NCBI GenBank assembly: GCA_951406725.2 | Contig: OX597825.1 | Span: 17,732,001-17,796,000, forward strand | DNA length: 64,000 nucleotides | Direction: 5' to 3' | DNA from: Octopus vulgaris | Taxonomy: Eukaryota | Shown: in pieces, positions 27,268-41,690 of the stretch | Position numbering within the stretch: position 1 is the first letter of the stretch | Layout of the letters: each line of letters starts with the position of its first letter | Translations under genes and position numbers: made by a program | The notes under the pieces: generated by a model | What the model was told of the DNA's origin: nothing | Seen by the model: the letters and a program-made list of their open reading frames with translations, nothing else | Databases searched by the model: none

Positions 27268-29551
27268 AAATTTTAACAAAATATTTATGGGTTTTCTATC
27301 ACAGAAATATATTCGCCTAATGTGGGCAAACATGTAACATCGGATCATTAGTCCAATAAGTTGGGTCCAAAATCTATTCTTAGATACATCTCTTTGTGAT
27401 AAATGCTAGTATTTCATCTGAGACATTTCTTCAGCCATACCACTTTCAAAGAAATTCAGCAAGCGTAAAAATGGTGGAAGACTAAATTCCCTCTATTTTC
27501 TTGCTAAACTCAAACACGAAAGACAACCTGTTAACTAATTCCATCTCATTTTCACATAAATTGTTCTCTTAATAGTTATTATGATTCAAAGGTCAATCAT
27601 ATCAAACTAATTGACGCTAATGAGTCTGTGTTCACATTATATATCCAGATGAGACAACTATCACTGATATCACACGGGATATTCAGCATTGATTTGCCGT
27701 CAACAATTCACGAAGCGCCGTTTGCAGTCAGGAACGGTCGATTTGTTATTGTCACAATGTTATCTGCTTGAAAAATGTCGTCCAAGCAAATTCTGGATCA
27801 GGTGATTGATGTTTTGTCGATGATCGTCACAGAGACATACTGAAAAATTCTAGATTTACACTTGGCAATTTCGAAGCTTCAATATCATTTACACAGATTC
27901 TACAAGACATTTGAAAAGGTTACGAAAGACCAATCTATAGAACGCTTCAACGGTTTTTGATATTTTAAAATATTATGTTAAGCATATTACGCAGCTTGTT
28001 ATAATGAATGCTAAGTGCATATCTTCAAGACGTGTAATATATTTTAGTGTGTTGAGCCAATATAAAAAAAACTATTTCAAACGATGCATAAGTTTTCTAA
28101 TTTCTGTTTGCGATTTCCTCACTGAGATTATCATCCTAGCTGAAGATGTTGAATAGTTAAGGAAGATGCATTGTATAGCCTAGCGTGTTACCTGCCATCG
28201 AAATTTTTGTTATTTATAGCCTGGAAATAGATTTTTGGTATCGGTCGTTATCATAAAAGATCTCTCTAATGCAAAGTGTATGAGGAATTACAACCGTGTT
28301 TCGTGGTCTGCTACCACAACAGTTCCTTTTTAGGATCCAGTTAGCTCAAGACATCATCAGGAGGAACCACGTCCGGTTTCGGCCCCTACTCCTCTTTCGA
28401 GGTGTCTTCAGTTCTAGTGTTGGGTGCATTTCTTCTTTCTTCTTTCTTCTGTTCTCTGGCCTCTTCGATGTATCGTTAGCGAGTGTCAGCCGGTGACTGA
28501 CTGACTTGTCAAATTTTTAACTCGGAGTTTATATAAAGACATTAAGGGCAGTCTTAGAAAAACGATTAAAGACGTATTGCAAAGATATGGGAAACAGAGT
28601 AGGGGCTGTTCTGTCATCATTCTTCAGACAATCATTGATTGAAATCAAGTCTAAACATTTCCCACAATTTAAAATAAATGCTGACGTATCACCGTGAAAG
28701 AACTTGATAAAATTATTAGTTCACCTTCATTCATCAAGACAGCCAAATATTCTGAGAACAGTTCACAATACTTCACGGATACAGTGAAACAAATAGGTTA
28801 GTTAGGCCAATGAAGCAATCATCATGTTCAGATTGTTTTGTTTTTCTTTTTTAATGATTTTCTATTGTAGCTAACGAACTTGAAATATGTGATTAGTTTC
28901 TCGTCCAGTCTGAAAACCTGATTGTGACTTAGTCATAAGTGTTATCCCAATGTGTTTAATGAGCGTAACAAGAATAATTCTGTTCCATAGTGTCCGTACA
29001 ACACCGACGAGGGAGCTGCTTCGAGAATTACTGCAAATATTGTTATCAATTAATCCTCTGCACAAGTCTAGATATACATACACGCGTACATGCGTGTGTA
29101 TGTAAGTGTGTGTGTATCTATGAGAGACAGAGAGAGTGAAGGAGAGAGAGAGAGAGAGAGTTTGTGTATATATATGTGGGTGTATAAATATCTGCGTTTG
29201 TGTGTGTATATAAACTAGAGTAGCTTAGTAGTTTTCCCATACATTTGTGTACAAAAATGTTCATAAGATACAAGGTACTATATATTTCTAATTTCAGCAC
29301 TTCAACACGAATTCCAAGAGAGGTTTTAAATGATTTAATTTCCATTTGAGGACCCCCAATTTCAATGAATGCGGGTGGACCTTCAAAGATATATTGCAAT
29401 AGGGTTTGCGGACGTATTTTTTTAAAAATGACTAAAGAAACGTTGATGAGAAATTTAGCAGCTTTATGCAGAAATTTTACTACCGTCGAATGAAAATTGA
29501 AAAAATTAAAAATTGAAATATTTATTAAGATGTTACCAATAGTTACCAACA

Positions 29552-29637
29552 GGCGCAGGAATGGCTTTGTGGTAGGTGGGTCGACCAAAGCCTTGTGAGT
29601 GTATTTGGTAGACGGAAACTGAAAGAAGCCCTTCGTA

Positions 29638-29704
<67 letters not shown>

Positions 29705-29895
29705 ATGGGTTTGTGTGTCTGTGTTTGTCCCCCAATATCGCTTGACGACGGATGCTGGTGTGTTTACGTCCGCGTAACTTAGCGGTTCGGCCTTAGAGAC
29801 CGATAGAATTAGTACTAGGCTTACAAAGAATAAGTCCTGGGTCGCTCCAGCATGGTTGCATTCAAATGACTGAAACAAGTAAAAGAGTAAAAGAG
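29552..29895 (+). mobile_element. SINE family B with internal deletions
   Basis: GGCGCAGGAATGGCTTTGTGGTAG...CCAAAGCCTTGTGAGT...GAAACAAGTAAAAGAG. Confidence 0.85.
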
Positions 29896-30874
29896 CAAAA
29901 AAGTAAAGAGAGAGTTACCCCCAATAGGTGCATAGAAAATTGAACACGTATCATCGATGTTACTTAGAAGCATTAAAATTACGTAAATCTACATTTTCTT
30001 GTATGGTTTCTAATGGTTACAGACAGGTTCACCTACGTATTTATTATTAATGCTTCTGACATTCCTCTTTAATTAGTACGTATCAGTTTCATAATAGTCT
30101 TGTAAATTTTCGTTTTGTCACATTTGTTTTAAACTAATTCAGTTTAATTACTGTCAATATATTTCACTCTAGTTGAGATATAACAAAAACAAAAAGCAGA
30201 AACAAAATCTTGTTGCGTTTGAGTTCATACAGTATTGTACCTCTCTCTTGTATAGACCTTATTGCAAGCATATTATCCCTAGTATTGTTACTCTCAAAAG
30301 AGTCCCTGTTTTCTGACTTTCTAGCAATTAAAACTGAAAATTGGTAATACTAGTTATTAAAGACCACACATTCTATAATTTATTATTAGCGACTGAAGCA
30401 GTATTCATAGCAAAATGACACAGCAGACGAGAATCGTCTGTAATGGGCACGGAACGTAATTTTATTGTATCGGATATCATCAATGGAGCTCCGTCACCAA
30501 CATCAGACGATCTCCGTTCGCTACGATCCATGAGTACGCTTTTATGCATCAAGCTCCTATATGAGAGAATCTTTAAAGGTAAATTAGGCAGTATTCGGTG
30601 TTCTAAAATGATATTTATGTTAATTTAGTAATAAACATTACATATCATTGTTACACATTTGTCGTCAGATGTTCTTTAATTGTTTAATTTACCTAAACGT
30701 CGCTTTACACCAACATTTCGTGTGTCAAATTTATGCCGTTTTCAAACATTTATGAGAATATTGAAATCTCTTACTGTACAATATAGAGCAGCTACTTAAT
30801 AACATCTCTGTATAGTTACACACTCCTAGACATAAATGCATACGTAGGCACATATACACGTATATATGTATATG

Positions 30875-30936
<62 letters not shown>

Positions 30937-30937
30937 T

Positions 30938-31266
30938 ACTGAGACCCCCTTCGTTCATGACTGACCATAGGATTGCACCTAGAAAGTTACCCTCCCATGC
31001 ACAAGTCCGGGCAATGTTGTTTAATGGAAGACCACCATTCGCTCATGCATGCCAGCCTCTCCTCGTCACGCCACCAGTGTTATCCAAGGGAAAGGCAAAG
31101 GCCGATACAGCTTGGCACCATTGAGGTTTACAGCTGAGTAAACTGGAGCAACGTGAAATAAAGTGCCTTGCTCAAGAACACAACACGCAGCCCGGTCCGG
31201 AATTCGAACTCACAATCTCACGATCGTAAACTCGTCGCTCTAACCACTGAGTCATGTGCCTTCACA
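30938..31266 (-). mobile_element. tRNA-derived SINE family D
   Basis: Minus strand GTGAAGGCACATGACTCAGTGGTTAGAGC...GAGTTCGAATTCC...GTGTTCTTGAGCAAGGCAC, then a distinct tail; flanked by (TA)n/(CA)n. Confidence 0.8.
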
Positions 31267-31293
31267 TGCACGCACACACACGCACACACACAT

Positions 31294-31352
<59 letters not shown>

Positions 31353-33029
31353 TACATGTGCGTGTGTGAAGCATGTGCGTATATGTGTGTGTATGTACTT
31401 TCGTTTGCTCCGTACTGCTTGACCAGTTTTATTGGTTTGTTTACCTCCCTTTAAGTTTGCCATTCGGGAAAATTAATCGAATGAATCGATAGAATATGCA
31501 TCATACATATGAAGTCGGTTTGTTTTTACTAACATTAAATGCAGTGCAACAGCATGGCTGCAATACCATGGCAGATAGGTATTAAAGGACAACCAACAGC
31601 ATATTTTTGTAAAGTCTTAAATGTTTACGTAATAAGCCAACGTCTAGATTATTCCGAGTGTTAGAAATATTATCAAAAATTAAAAGGACGTCGTAGATTA
31701 TCAAAAAAGACTTAATACAGAAAATGTAATAACACCTAAATACAATAATTACTATATCGGTAATGCTTGCAACTTATACTATTCTTAAAATAAATTGAAT
31801 AGAATTATTATGGCGTTCCATATATATACGATGTCCTTGCATAGATATAAACGAATCTTATTTTCCAAATAAAATGCAATCTCACACTTTGAAGTTTAAA
31901 TATGCTAAAATTTAAAGTGTTACATTCATAGATTTCCCAAAAGTATTTAACGCTTCAAATAGACTTGAATATTTTTATATCCATTAGATTGTTGTCTCTC
32001 TCTTAGTGAAATTGTGTATATTACATAATGCTATTCGGTTCTAGCTGGGTAACTTGCGATGTTTGTCAATCAGATTTTTTTTCTAAATGAGAGACATTCG
32101 TTTAACAATCCTAGTGGAAGATAGGAAGTAATTTATTTCAGAGACTGACAAAAGGAAAATTGAAATTTTGAACCTGGAAAGGGAACAAAGATACTAAGAA
32201 TTTATTAAAGATGTCTATTTAATATGATGAACTACGTATAATCAAACTTGACGAAATATTGTATAACAAATGAATGAAATTATTTTAAAATCATTTAAAA
32301 AATATTTAATTATTTGAATATTGTCACATATGTTAAAATTTTATGGATGGTAAGGTATGGAATACAGTAAGTATAAAAATGAAAGGCTTACGAAATACGT
32401 TTTATGGATGTTGACTTGCTTGTTTGTAGCCATGTCCTTCTGGCTTTTGAATTTCTTAGGGAAATATTGCATTTGAATAATAGGTTGGAACAATCATAGC
32501 TTCGAAGATTTCTCTTGTGATCATTTTCCGGCTCTTCGAACTCTGAGTTCAAATCCTGCCGAGATCGATTTTTTCTTTTATCTCTCCGGGGTCGATAAGC
32601 TTAGGAAAATAAAAGAGAGTTTGTTCAGATGTGATAGAAAATTCTTCCTAATAATGGCACCGAATCTCTGTACCTACTCATAGAAAGAAGTGACAATTGC
32701 ACTATGTTGTAATACAGTGTTCATTTCGTTCGCTACACTACATGATACGATAGGATATGCTTGAAAGAGAGAGGCGTTCTGTTATGATGTTATGACTTGC
32801 CTTAGATTCATATATTTTATTGAGGAAATCTGAAGAATGACGAATATCTAAGAATATTTGAAGTGCGTATAAACAGTGAGACAGAAAAGTAATCGAGTGT
32901 TTGCTTCGCTGCTTTACTTCGCTTTCCAATTAGAAAATATCTGCCAAACATATGAATGGTATGCAAAAGAGCATTGATATGGTTCTCACAGAAGCTACAA
33001 GTACCTTAGGTGCAACTGGAAATGAATGA

Positions 33030-33190
33030 AAATATACTCTATACATTATTTACATTAGACGGATATGTGTCCTCGTCTTGTTTGTTGTTACATCAACGTT
33101 TCGGTTTGTTCACCATTCAGCATCCATCAGGTGTCCTAGAGGAATTTTGAACCCAAACCTCGGTTCTCATTCCTAAGGTATTTTTTGCCG
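33030..33190 (-). mobile_element. Cassette with decayed hammerhead motif next to a trinucleotide tract
   Basis: Minus strand GACAC-CTGATGG-ATGCTG...AAACC-GAAA-CG-TT-GATGT (33088-33135). Confidence 0.45.
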
Positions 33191-33191
33191 A

Positions 33192-33233
<42 letters not shown>

Positions 33234-33262
33234 AACTACTACTGCTGCTACTGCTGCTGCTG

Positions 33263-33297
<35 letters not shown>

Positions 33298-33402
33298 TCT
33301 GCTGATGCTGCTTCTACTACTACTACTACTGCTACTATTATTATTATTATTATTCTTCTTCTTCTTCTTCTTCTTATTATTATTATTATTATTATTATTA
33401 TT
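33191..33402. repeat. Compound trinucleotide microsatellite (TAC)n(TGC)n(TAT)n(TTC)n
   Basis: Directly visible; source of the poly-L/poly-V ORFs. Confidence 0.95.
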
Positions 33403-34460
33403 TCGCGCTCTTTACCATTACGCGATATGCCTGTGGACAATTATAGAGTAACTTATAGAGCTTATAAACTTAATATATTCGATGTTGGTACGTTTAAGTA
33501 AAAATGTGTAACCATAGAATATTTCACCTTCATAAGAAATGTTTCTCATTGCTCTATGAACATTAATTCAGTCTTCAGCTCTATGTGTACTGTATTTACA
33601 ATAATAAGACAATCTTGGCTACTCGATTGTGACTACATAAAGAGATAAATCATTCCTCTTAAATGCTGAAATATAAATCCGATGACAACAGGCAAGTGTC
33701 TCTCTCTCTAAATCCAAAATACAGATGCATTCAATATAACATTTATCATTTCTTGGTAACAGAAATCCGCAGAGTTCATCATGCGCCTTTTACAAGTTCA
33801 TTTTGAGTTGTTATAATCTCTGTAATACTCTCTTTTAATTGAGTCCAAAATATTTACCTCTGTTTCTGTCCCAGTCAGCCTTTCTCTCTCTCTCTCTCCC
33901 CTCTCTCTCTCGCTCTCTCTTACTCTATCTATTTACACACACGCGCACATACACTCACACAAATATATATATCCTTCCTTTTGATGAGTCTTAATAGGTT
34001 ATTATTTTGCTATCATCCTTACAATTTCTTTTTTCTTTTGTATATTCTGTCCACAATATTCGCAAAGGTTTCCCATTTAAACCTTTGGAGTTTATTTAAA
34101 AATATTTTTTACAATGTTCACGCTTAGCTCCATATAACAGAGTGGAGCATATGTAACACATTAATATTTCTTTTGGTCCACGCGATTTCTAGTGGGGGCC
34201 TGTTGTCTGTTGTATGTTATTGTATGTTATTATTTTTAATGGACTATTAAGTCCAATAATTGTAAAAGCTGTAGTGAGTGGTTCAATACCTCGTTTTCTT
34301 TTTCTGTTGGAATAATGTTTTAGAGCAGCAAAAAAGTAGGCATTTTTTTTGTCTTCTCCCATCACTATCAACCTTTTATTCATCATTCATCTCATCAATA
34401 TTTCTGTCCAGCCAACAAGGTACTCTTTGTAATGCCTTTATGGCAAATCCTAATGAAATA

Positions 34461-34700
34461 AAGTAGCTTGCTTACGAACCACATGGTTCCGGGCTCAGTC
34501 CCACTGCGTGGCACCGCAGGCCGACCAAAGCCTGGTGAGTGGTTTTGGGTCCCCGTAACTTAGCGGTTCGATCTAAGAGACCGATAGAATAAGTACTAGG
34601 CTTACAAAGAATAAGACCTGGGTTCGATTTTCCTCGACTAAAGTCGGTGCTCCAACATGGCCACAGTCAAATGACGGAAACAAGTTAAAGAGTAAAAGAG
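34461..34700 (+). mobile_element. SINE family B lacking the internal microsatellite segment
   Basis: Head joined directly to the GTCCCCGTAACTTAGCGGTTCG tail. Confidence 0.85.
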
Positions 34701-36968
34701 TATGTATATTTATACATACATGCAAAAATAAGTGTTTTCTTAAAGATGCTCATGGGATATGAAAATATAATTAAAAGTTTTTGAGAAGAAGGACATTTGT
34801 GCCTCAGTGCGGCGAAACGCACAACTTACCAAAGCCACATGCTAATTATTTTCATTGGACCTAAAATGATATGCCACTAGATGTTTAATCAATAGTCCCG
34901 GAAGTCTAGAAAACAAACGATGTAATCTTACTGAAATTCGAATTTTTCTTTTCTTTCGAAAATTGAGAGTTGTAGTTTAGAGGTATTTAAATTAGTGAAT
35001 CCTGCCTTCGTTATACACATTTATTTCCTCTGACATGAGAAAATGAAAATCAACGCCGGTGGGACTTCTAACTCAGAAATAATAAAGGCAAAGCAAGGTT
35101 CTAGCATCTGTACAACTCTCTCCACATCTCGGCAAGTACTTGATCATCTTTTAAATAAGAGTAATTACCTTAATATTCAGTTCTATGCAACGCTTTTTTT
35201 TTAAACGTATATCTTTTACGACATTCATCGTATCATATACATGTAATTAAAGTCAACCTCTGGTAAGTTAGAATCAAAAACATTTAGTGATATCAAATTC
35301 TCCCGCATTACGATAACATTAACCTTAGCAGCAAACTGTTTATGCAAAGCACATTTCTCATCACGTTAGCGGTGTATTCATTCTAATGTAATTCTGTGTG
35401 TTACTGTCAATAACTTTCACAGCAGTTGGAAACAAGAAGATAAATAGAGCCACACCGCATTTGAATTCAAACAATGTTGTATCTATCTCTTAATGATAAT
35501 GCAGGAGATGGCTGTGATTCTAATTTCTGAGGCAGGCGTACACCTCATCATTAATAAAAATTTAGCTTTAAACTACTAACCGGGTCACTGTATTCAAAGG
35601 CAGAAATAATACGATGTTAGCATACTGACGTCTTTGCCGAGGACATCATGGTAATCAATGAGATAAAATTGTTTCAACGGTGTACTGATATTTCATCTGG
35701 TCATTCCATGGATTGATAACGTCAAACTCTTCGTCTGCAGATTGCATCTTCCAGGATTCAACATAAATATTTATATATTTCATTACGTACAAAATCAGGT
35801 AATGGAGGATATATGGAGGATATAGGTAGTTGATTGAATCAATTCACATGGAATATTTCTATTCTTTTTATTGATCCGGGGCGATGGCAGTCAAAATCAG
35901 AACTTAACGAGCTGTATCTAAATACACTATTGCATTTGATGCGGTGATTTTAGCTTTTAGCCAAATCGGTTTCTGGTTCAAATAAATCTGCATCAGCTGG
36001 AAATTGAATAAATTTTCTTGAGAATTACATCAATATTTTTTTTCCTGCCATGATATCTAAAGTTATTTACAATGATATTAAAAGTGATACTTATATCGGA
36101 ATAAAGCAAAAGCTAATCGATGCATGAACTAATGTCTATTACGCATAGAAACCAACGAGAAACTTTTACGCGCTATTAGACTGAGAGATAAATAAAACCC
36201 TACCATTTCGGAAAAGGAATCAGACGCTGACTATAACATATTTTCAAATACACTATTCCTTCGAAAGGACTTGCAATTGTTTGATTACAAATCTAATAAG
36301 CAAAGTAATTTCAAGAGTAAACTAATATCATCGAAAACTAAATAGTTCTTTTTAGTTAAATTTTAATAGGTAAACCGGACGAACCATTGTCTAAAGTGAG
36401 ATATTTAGCTTGAGAGATTCAACGAGAACAAGGTCTATTTATAATTGAGTACGGGGCATGTATGGATAAATGCATGGTCGTCGGTAATATGGTATTTTGC
36501 GTAAATGTATATATCTTCAAAATATATAGCCATTATTATAAGCCCGGTTACTATATCACATTCTCTCGCATTAAGATTACATCAATCCAAGTATTGGTCT
36601 GTTTATGCAAAGTACCATTGGTTAAAAGGGACATAAACCTTCTGTTAAACATCCATTAACGTTATATCGCTTGAAGAAACGAATCCATGAAGAGGAGCAA
36701 CTCGATGACCACGGATACTACGGATTACATTGTAATCATTCCAGGAATGCGGACTGTGATCTTAAGAGACATGTGATTTGAGGAAACGCGCGTAAAGATG
36801 CATTAAATGTTTTTAAATTCCATCCAAGGATCATAGTTATTATTACTATATTTATCCTACATTATATCGGTACAGCTCAATGTAAATCCCCAAAACGCTG
36901 GTTCACTTGTCGGTATCATTAGTCCCAAGCCGACATAATGGTAAAGGAGCTTTATTTCCCGTAAATAG

Positions 36969-37024
<56 letters not shown>

Positions 37025-37035
37025 ATATGTATATG

Positions 37036-37350
<315 letters not shown>

Positions 37351-37361
37351 GCTCACGTGAT

Positions 37362-37394
<33 letters not shown>

Positions 37395-37395
37395 A

Positions 37396-37438
<43 letters not shown>

Positions 37439-37814
37439 GTCTCCTTTAGTGAGATTTAGAATTATTAATATTTATATTTCTGAAAACCAGTTGATGTATT
37501 CCACTGAACATAGGTAAATAAATTTTCAAAAAGACGGCCAAGAGCGACGCCTGCTGGGTTCGGCTACTCCCCATTGAAAAGAGCCAAATACCAAGAAACT
37601 AGTCTGTGGTTGTTGTGACCAGCAAGGGGAAGCTGCTGACCTCCCCTGTTCGATGGTTGTAATGGACACAGGTTTCTGTGTCACATAGGTAGCTAGAGGC
37701 GATGGCCTCTTGGAGCTAATCAACGGCAGCATTTTTCCTATTCTCCTGCACTGCCATGTTAGCTTGGCGATAAGTATTAATGTATATACACACACACACA
37801 CATATATATATATA

Positions 37815-38664
37815 TAGGGTATGGGTAAAGAAACTAGGCATTAGAAATTGCTTATAGAATTTTTCGTATTCCTGAATTCATAACGCAAGCATTTTATAAA
37901 CAGGCAACGCTAATGGGGATTTTTATTTTCTTATTGTTTTATTTCTTATTTCCCAGATGGCTGGTCGCTTGACTTTCAGGAGCGAGCTAAGATAGCATCC
38001 CGCTATGAAGTATGGAATTCCATTGTTTTGGTTCAGAGATGGTGCTGTGCATGGAAAGATAAACATGCAACACTACGTCCAGATAAATAAAAAAAAGTTG
38101 TTATGCAAAGCTGATATCACGGGGTCTGAGAACGATGGAAGAAGTGGCCATTCAACCACATCCTGATTAATAGAAAACGTGACAACAGGGCAGGAAATGC
38201 TTAATCGCGGCCTGCAAAAATCAACGCGTGAAACAGTTCGTGAAATTGGTAAGATGTTGCATAAAGAACTGGATTTTCCTTCGTAGAAAACCCATTACAT
38301 GCTGGAGCTAAAACCTGAAGTCCAGTACCCCAAGAAGTACAGTTCTCACTCCGTGTGATTTTTACCTGTGGGATTACACAAAAGAGGTGCACAAATCAAA
38401 ATATTGCACACAGGTGGACTCGGATACACAGATTCAGGAGGTGCTCAATGATGTCCCCGACGACGTCCTTCAGAAGGTTGTTCATTCCATCTCTGGCAGT
38501 TTGAAGAAACTGGTTGACGCCACCGTTGCAAGGATGAAATATAAAGATTTACTTTCATTTTCCCATGTAATAAAGAACATGTATCAATTGTTTCAATAAA
38601 TTTGTAAACGAAATATGGATTTTATTACAAAATTTGAATGCTTACTTATCTTTTCACACACACC
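37815..38664 (+). mobile_element. Decayed, internally deleted Tc1/mariner DNA transposon
   Basis: Imperfect TIRs (AGGGTATGGGTAAAGAAACTAGGCATT / AATGCTTACTTATCTTTTCACACACACC). N-terminus MAGRLTF/QERAKIASRYEVWNSIVLVQRW (frameshifted, ~37957) and PRSTVLTPCDFYLWDY (~38328), a relic of the WPPRSPDLTPCDFFLWG motif. Confidence 0.85.
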
Positions 38665-38984
38665 TTTTTACTCTTTTACTCTTTTATCTGTTTCAGTCAT
38701 TTGACTGCGGTCATGCTGGGGCACCACTTTTAGCCGAACAAATCGACCACAAGACTTATTCTTTGTAAGCCTAGTATTTATCGTACTTATTCTGCCGAGC
38801 CGCTAAGTTACGGGGACATAAACACAGCAGCAAATTCCGCTGAGGTCGATTTTGCCTTTCATCCTTTCGGAGTCGATTAAATAAGTACCAGTTACGAACT
38901 GGGGTCGATATAATCGACTCAATCCGTTTGTCTGTCCTTGTTTGTCACCTCAGTGTGTAGCCCCTTGTGGGCAGCAAAGAAATA
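38665..38984. mobile_element. SINE B 3' fragment (-, 38665-38831) fused to SINE C 3' fragment (+, 38832-38984)
   Basis: Matches to the family B tail (reverse) and the family C tail (forward). Confidence 0.85.
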
Positions 38985-39391
38985 GGAAATGAACGGGATA
39001 TAACAGAGAATTACAAACAAGATATTAACAGAAAATACTAAAATATAAACCAGTATGAAGATCATAGAATCAGCGATTGAAATCAACCAGATATGTAGCC
39101 ACAAAATCGTGTGATGGAAAGGAACGGAATAAAACACACCGACCAGTGTTAACACCGAGAACATTAAAAATACAATAAAGTAACAGTGAACATAAAAATT
39201 GATTAACTTAGACCGATATAGACAATTGCCCATCCTACATACAAGGAAACAGTTCTACGGCGAAATGAAACAGAAATGTATGAAGGCTGTGCATAAATTT
39301 CTGCCAACCGCACAGACTACCTGAATGATCTATTGCATTTATTTAGTGGCGTCACTACTGTAGGGGAGCGGACTTTATACTCATAGCGTGA

Positions 39392-39624
39392 AAGGCTGCG
39401 AGCTGGCAGAAACGTTAACACGCCGGGCGAAATGCGTAGCCGTATTTCGACTGCCGTTACGTTCTGAGTTCAAATTCCACCGAGCTCGACTTTGCCTTTC
39501 GTCCTTTCGGGGTCGATAAATAACGTACCAGTTTCACAATGGGATCGATGTGATCAACTTAATCCGTTTGTCTGTCCTTGTTTGTCCCTTCTGTGTTTAG
39601 CCCCTTGTGGGTAGTAAAGAAATA
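39392..39624 (+). mobile_element. SINE family C, full length, 16 bp TSD
   Basis: TSD TATACTCATAGCGTGA at 39376-39391 and 39625-39640. Confidence 0.93.
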
Positions 39625-40191
39625 TATACTCATAGCGTGAGGCTGTTCACGAAATCCACTCTACGATATTGGAAATATATAAACTACATTGAATTGAGAA
39701 CAGAAATACTATTAAATACAAATGAAATGGAAAATTTATGAGGCAACATGAAAAGATGCAAACAACACAAATAAAATATAGATAAGACATCAATAAAAAC
39801 ATAACATGCATGAATGAATTTAAAGAAAAAGTTTTTCAGGAAATATACCAGCATAATCATGTATAAGGTCTCGTAAAATCTGAGCTCGATACAGACAGTA
39901 AATTATATAAACCCAAAACCCATGGCTATTTGCAAACAATGCACGACTCATAACAAAATTTATAGCAGTAATGTAAACGGGAAATAAAACGGACAGGAAG
40001 GGACAGTCGACACAAAAAACAAAGTAGTTCAGAATGATACAACATATCAGGCAAAAATCTTACTAACACATCAATAATAGCAACTGAGTGAAAACGAAAA
40101 CCCTACATTCTGAATTACCTTTATTTTCTGAGAGAAATACCTGACAAGTTGACATGGTTTCAGTATTCCTTGAAATGGCAAGTAAAACAGA

Positions 40192-40576
40192 GTGGAGGCG
40201 CAATGGCCCAGTGGTTAGGGCAGCGGACTCGCGGTCATAGGATCGCGGTTTCGATTCCCAGACCGGGCGTTGTGAGTGTTTATTGAGCGAAAACACCTAA
40301 AGCTGCACGAGGTTCCGGCAGGGGATGGTGGTGATCCCTGCTGTATTCTTTCCCCTCAACTTTCTCTCACTCTTACGTCCTGTTTCTGTTGTACCTGTAT
40401 TTCAAAGGGCCGGCCTTGTCACTCTCTGTGCCACGCTGAATATCCCCGAGAACTACGTTAAGAGTACACGTGTCTGTGGAGTGCTCAGCCACTTACACGT
40501 TAATTTCACGAGCAGGCTGTTCCGTTGATTCGGATCAACCGGAACCCTCATCGTCGTAACCGACGGAGTGCTTCCC
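40192..40576 (+). mobile_element. SINE family A, full length (tail type 1), flanked by a 102 bp direct repeat
   Basis: A/B boxes present; direct repeats at 40076-40177 and 40577-40678. Confidence 0.93.
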
Positions 40577-41351
40577 AATAGCAATTGAGTGAAAACGAAA
40601 ACCCTACATTCTGAATCACATTTATTTTCTGAGAGAAATACCTGACAAGCAGACATGGTTTCAGTATTCCTTGAAATGTTTCAGTATTAAAACACGACTC
40701 TACACCCAAGGTAGAAAAGCATTAGTGAAAATTAATAAAAACACCGTCTATAAAATGCTTCCCGGCAATATGAAAAAACCTCTAATTTCTTGTCGTACTA
40801 CAGTCGAATTTCTTACCTGAAGAGCGACAAGACGTTTGCTGACTAGAAACACTGGTGTTGAAAATGGTTGTATATAAATTACTGGATAAATGAAATGTAA
40901 TACACAAATATTATTAATTAGTGAAATGTTTGACAGTATAACACAATGCCAGAGACTGGATATAATTCACAGTTTTCACTCTCGCTTGCACTGCGTATGT
41001 TTATGTGTTTCGTATTAAACGCCAATTATATGGCACGTTGCCATGTGTTTGCCATTGGCACTTTAGTAAATCCCTTATTTCTAATGTCAGCAGCAATGGA
41101 ACTGTTTGCTCTGGATGTAGAAAGTTGTGCTTGGCTTTTGGTATCGCTATTTTTGTTGCGTATTGTGATATCTGTGTATTTTCTTCTACAATTTTTGGTT
41201 TGTTAGAAGCTTAGGAGATTATGTATTGTATGACCGATTAACACGTAGATAGATCTTCTTCCCTCTTCTGGCATCTTATTGCTTTCCTATCATTATCTCC
41301 TGCAATAAACAATGGTGTTTTTGCAAGTCGACAGGCTAACATATGTTTATA

Positions 41352-41690
41352 CGCATGGTTGTGTGGTAAGAAGCTTGCTTCCCAACCACATGGTTCTGGG
41401 TTCAGTCTCACTGCTTGGCACCTCGAGCTAGCGAGTGGATTGGTTTTGTAAACGGAAATTGAAAGAAGTCCGTCGTATATATTATTTGTGTGTTCGTTTG
41501 TTTCCCTACCATCGCTTGACAACTGATGTTCGTATATTTACGTCCCGGTGAACTAGCGGTTCGACAAAAGGACCGATAGAATAATTACTAGGCTTACACA
41601 AAATAAGTCGATTTCTTTGTCTAAAACCATTTAAGATGGTGTTGCAGCATGGCTTCAGTCAAATGACTGAAACAAGTGAAAGAATAAAAA
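41352..41690 (+). mobile_element. SINE family B, diverged
   Basis: GTGTGGTAAGAAGCTTGCTTCCCAACCACATGG...AAATGACTGAAACAAGTG. Confidence 0.85.

Noticed and set aside
40192-40265. tRNA-like sequences at SINE heads as real tRNA genes
   Set aside because: Each continues into a repeated SINE body, often with a TSD; no clean cloverleaf or pol III terminator.
40817-40860. CTGAAGA...GAAA-CAC.TG.GTG-TT as an intact ribozyme
   Set aside because: Stem II is not closed and stem I is absent; kept only as a possible relic in the overall finding.
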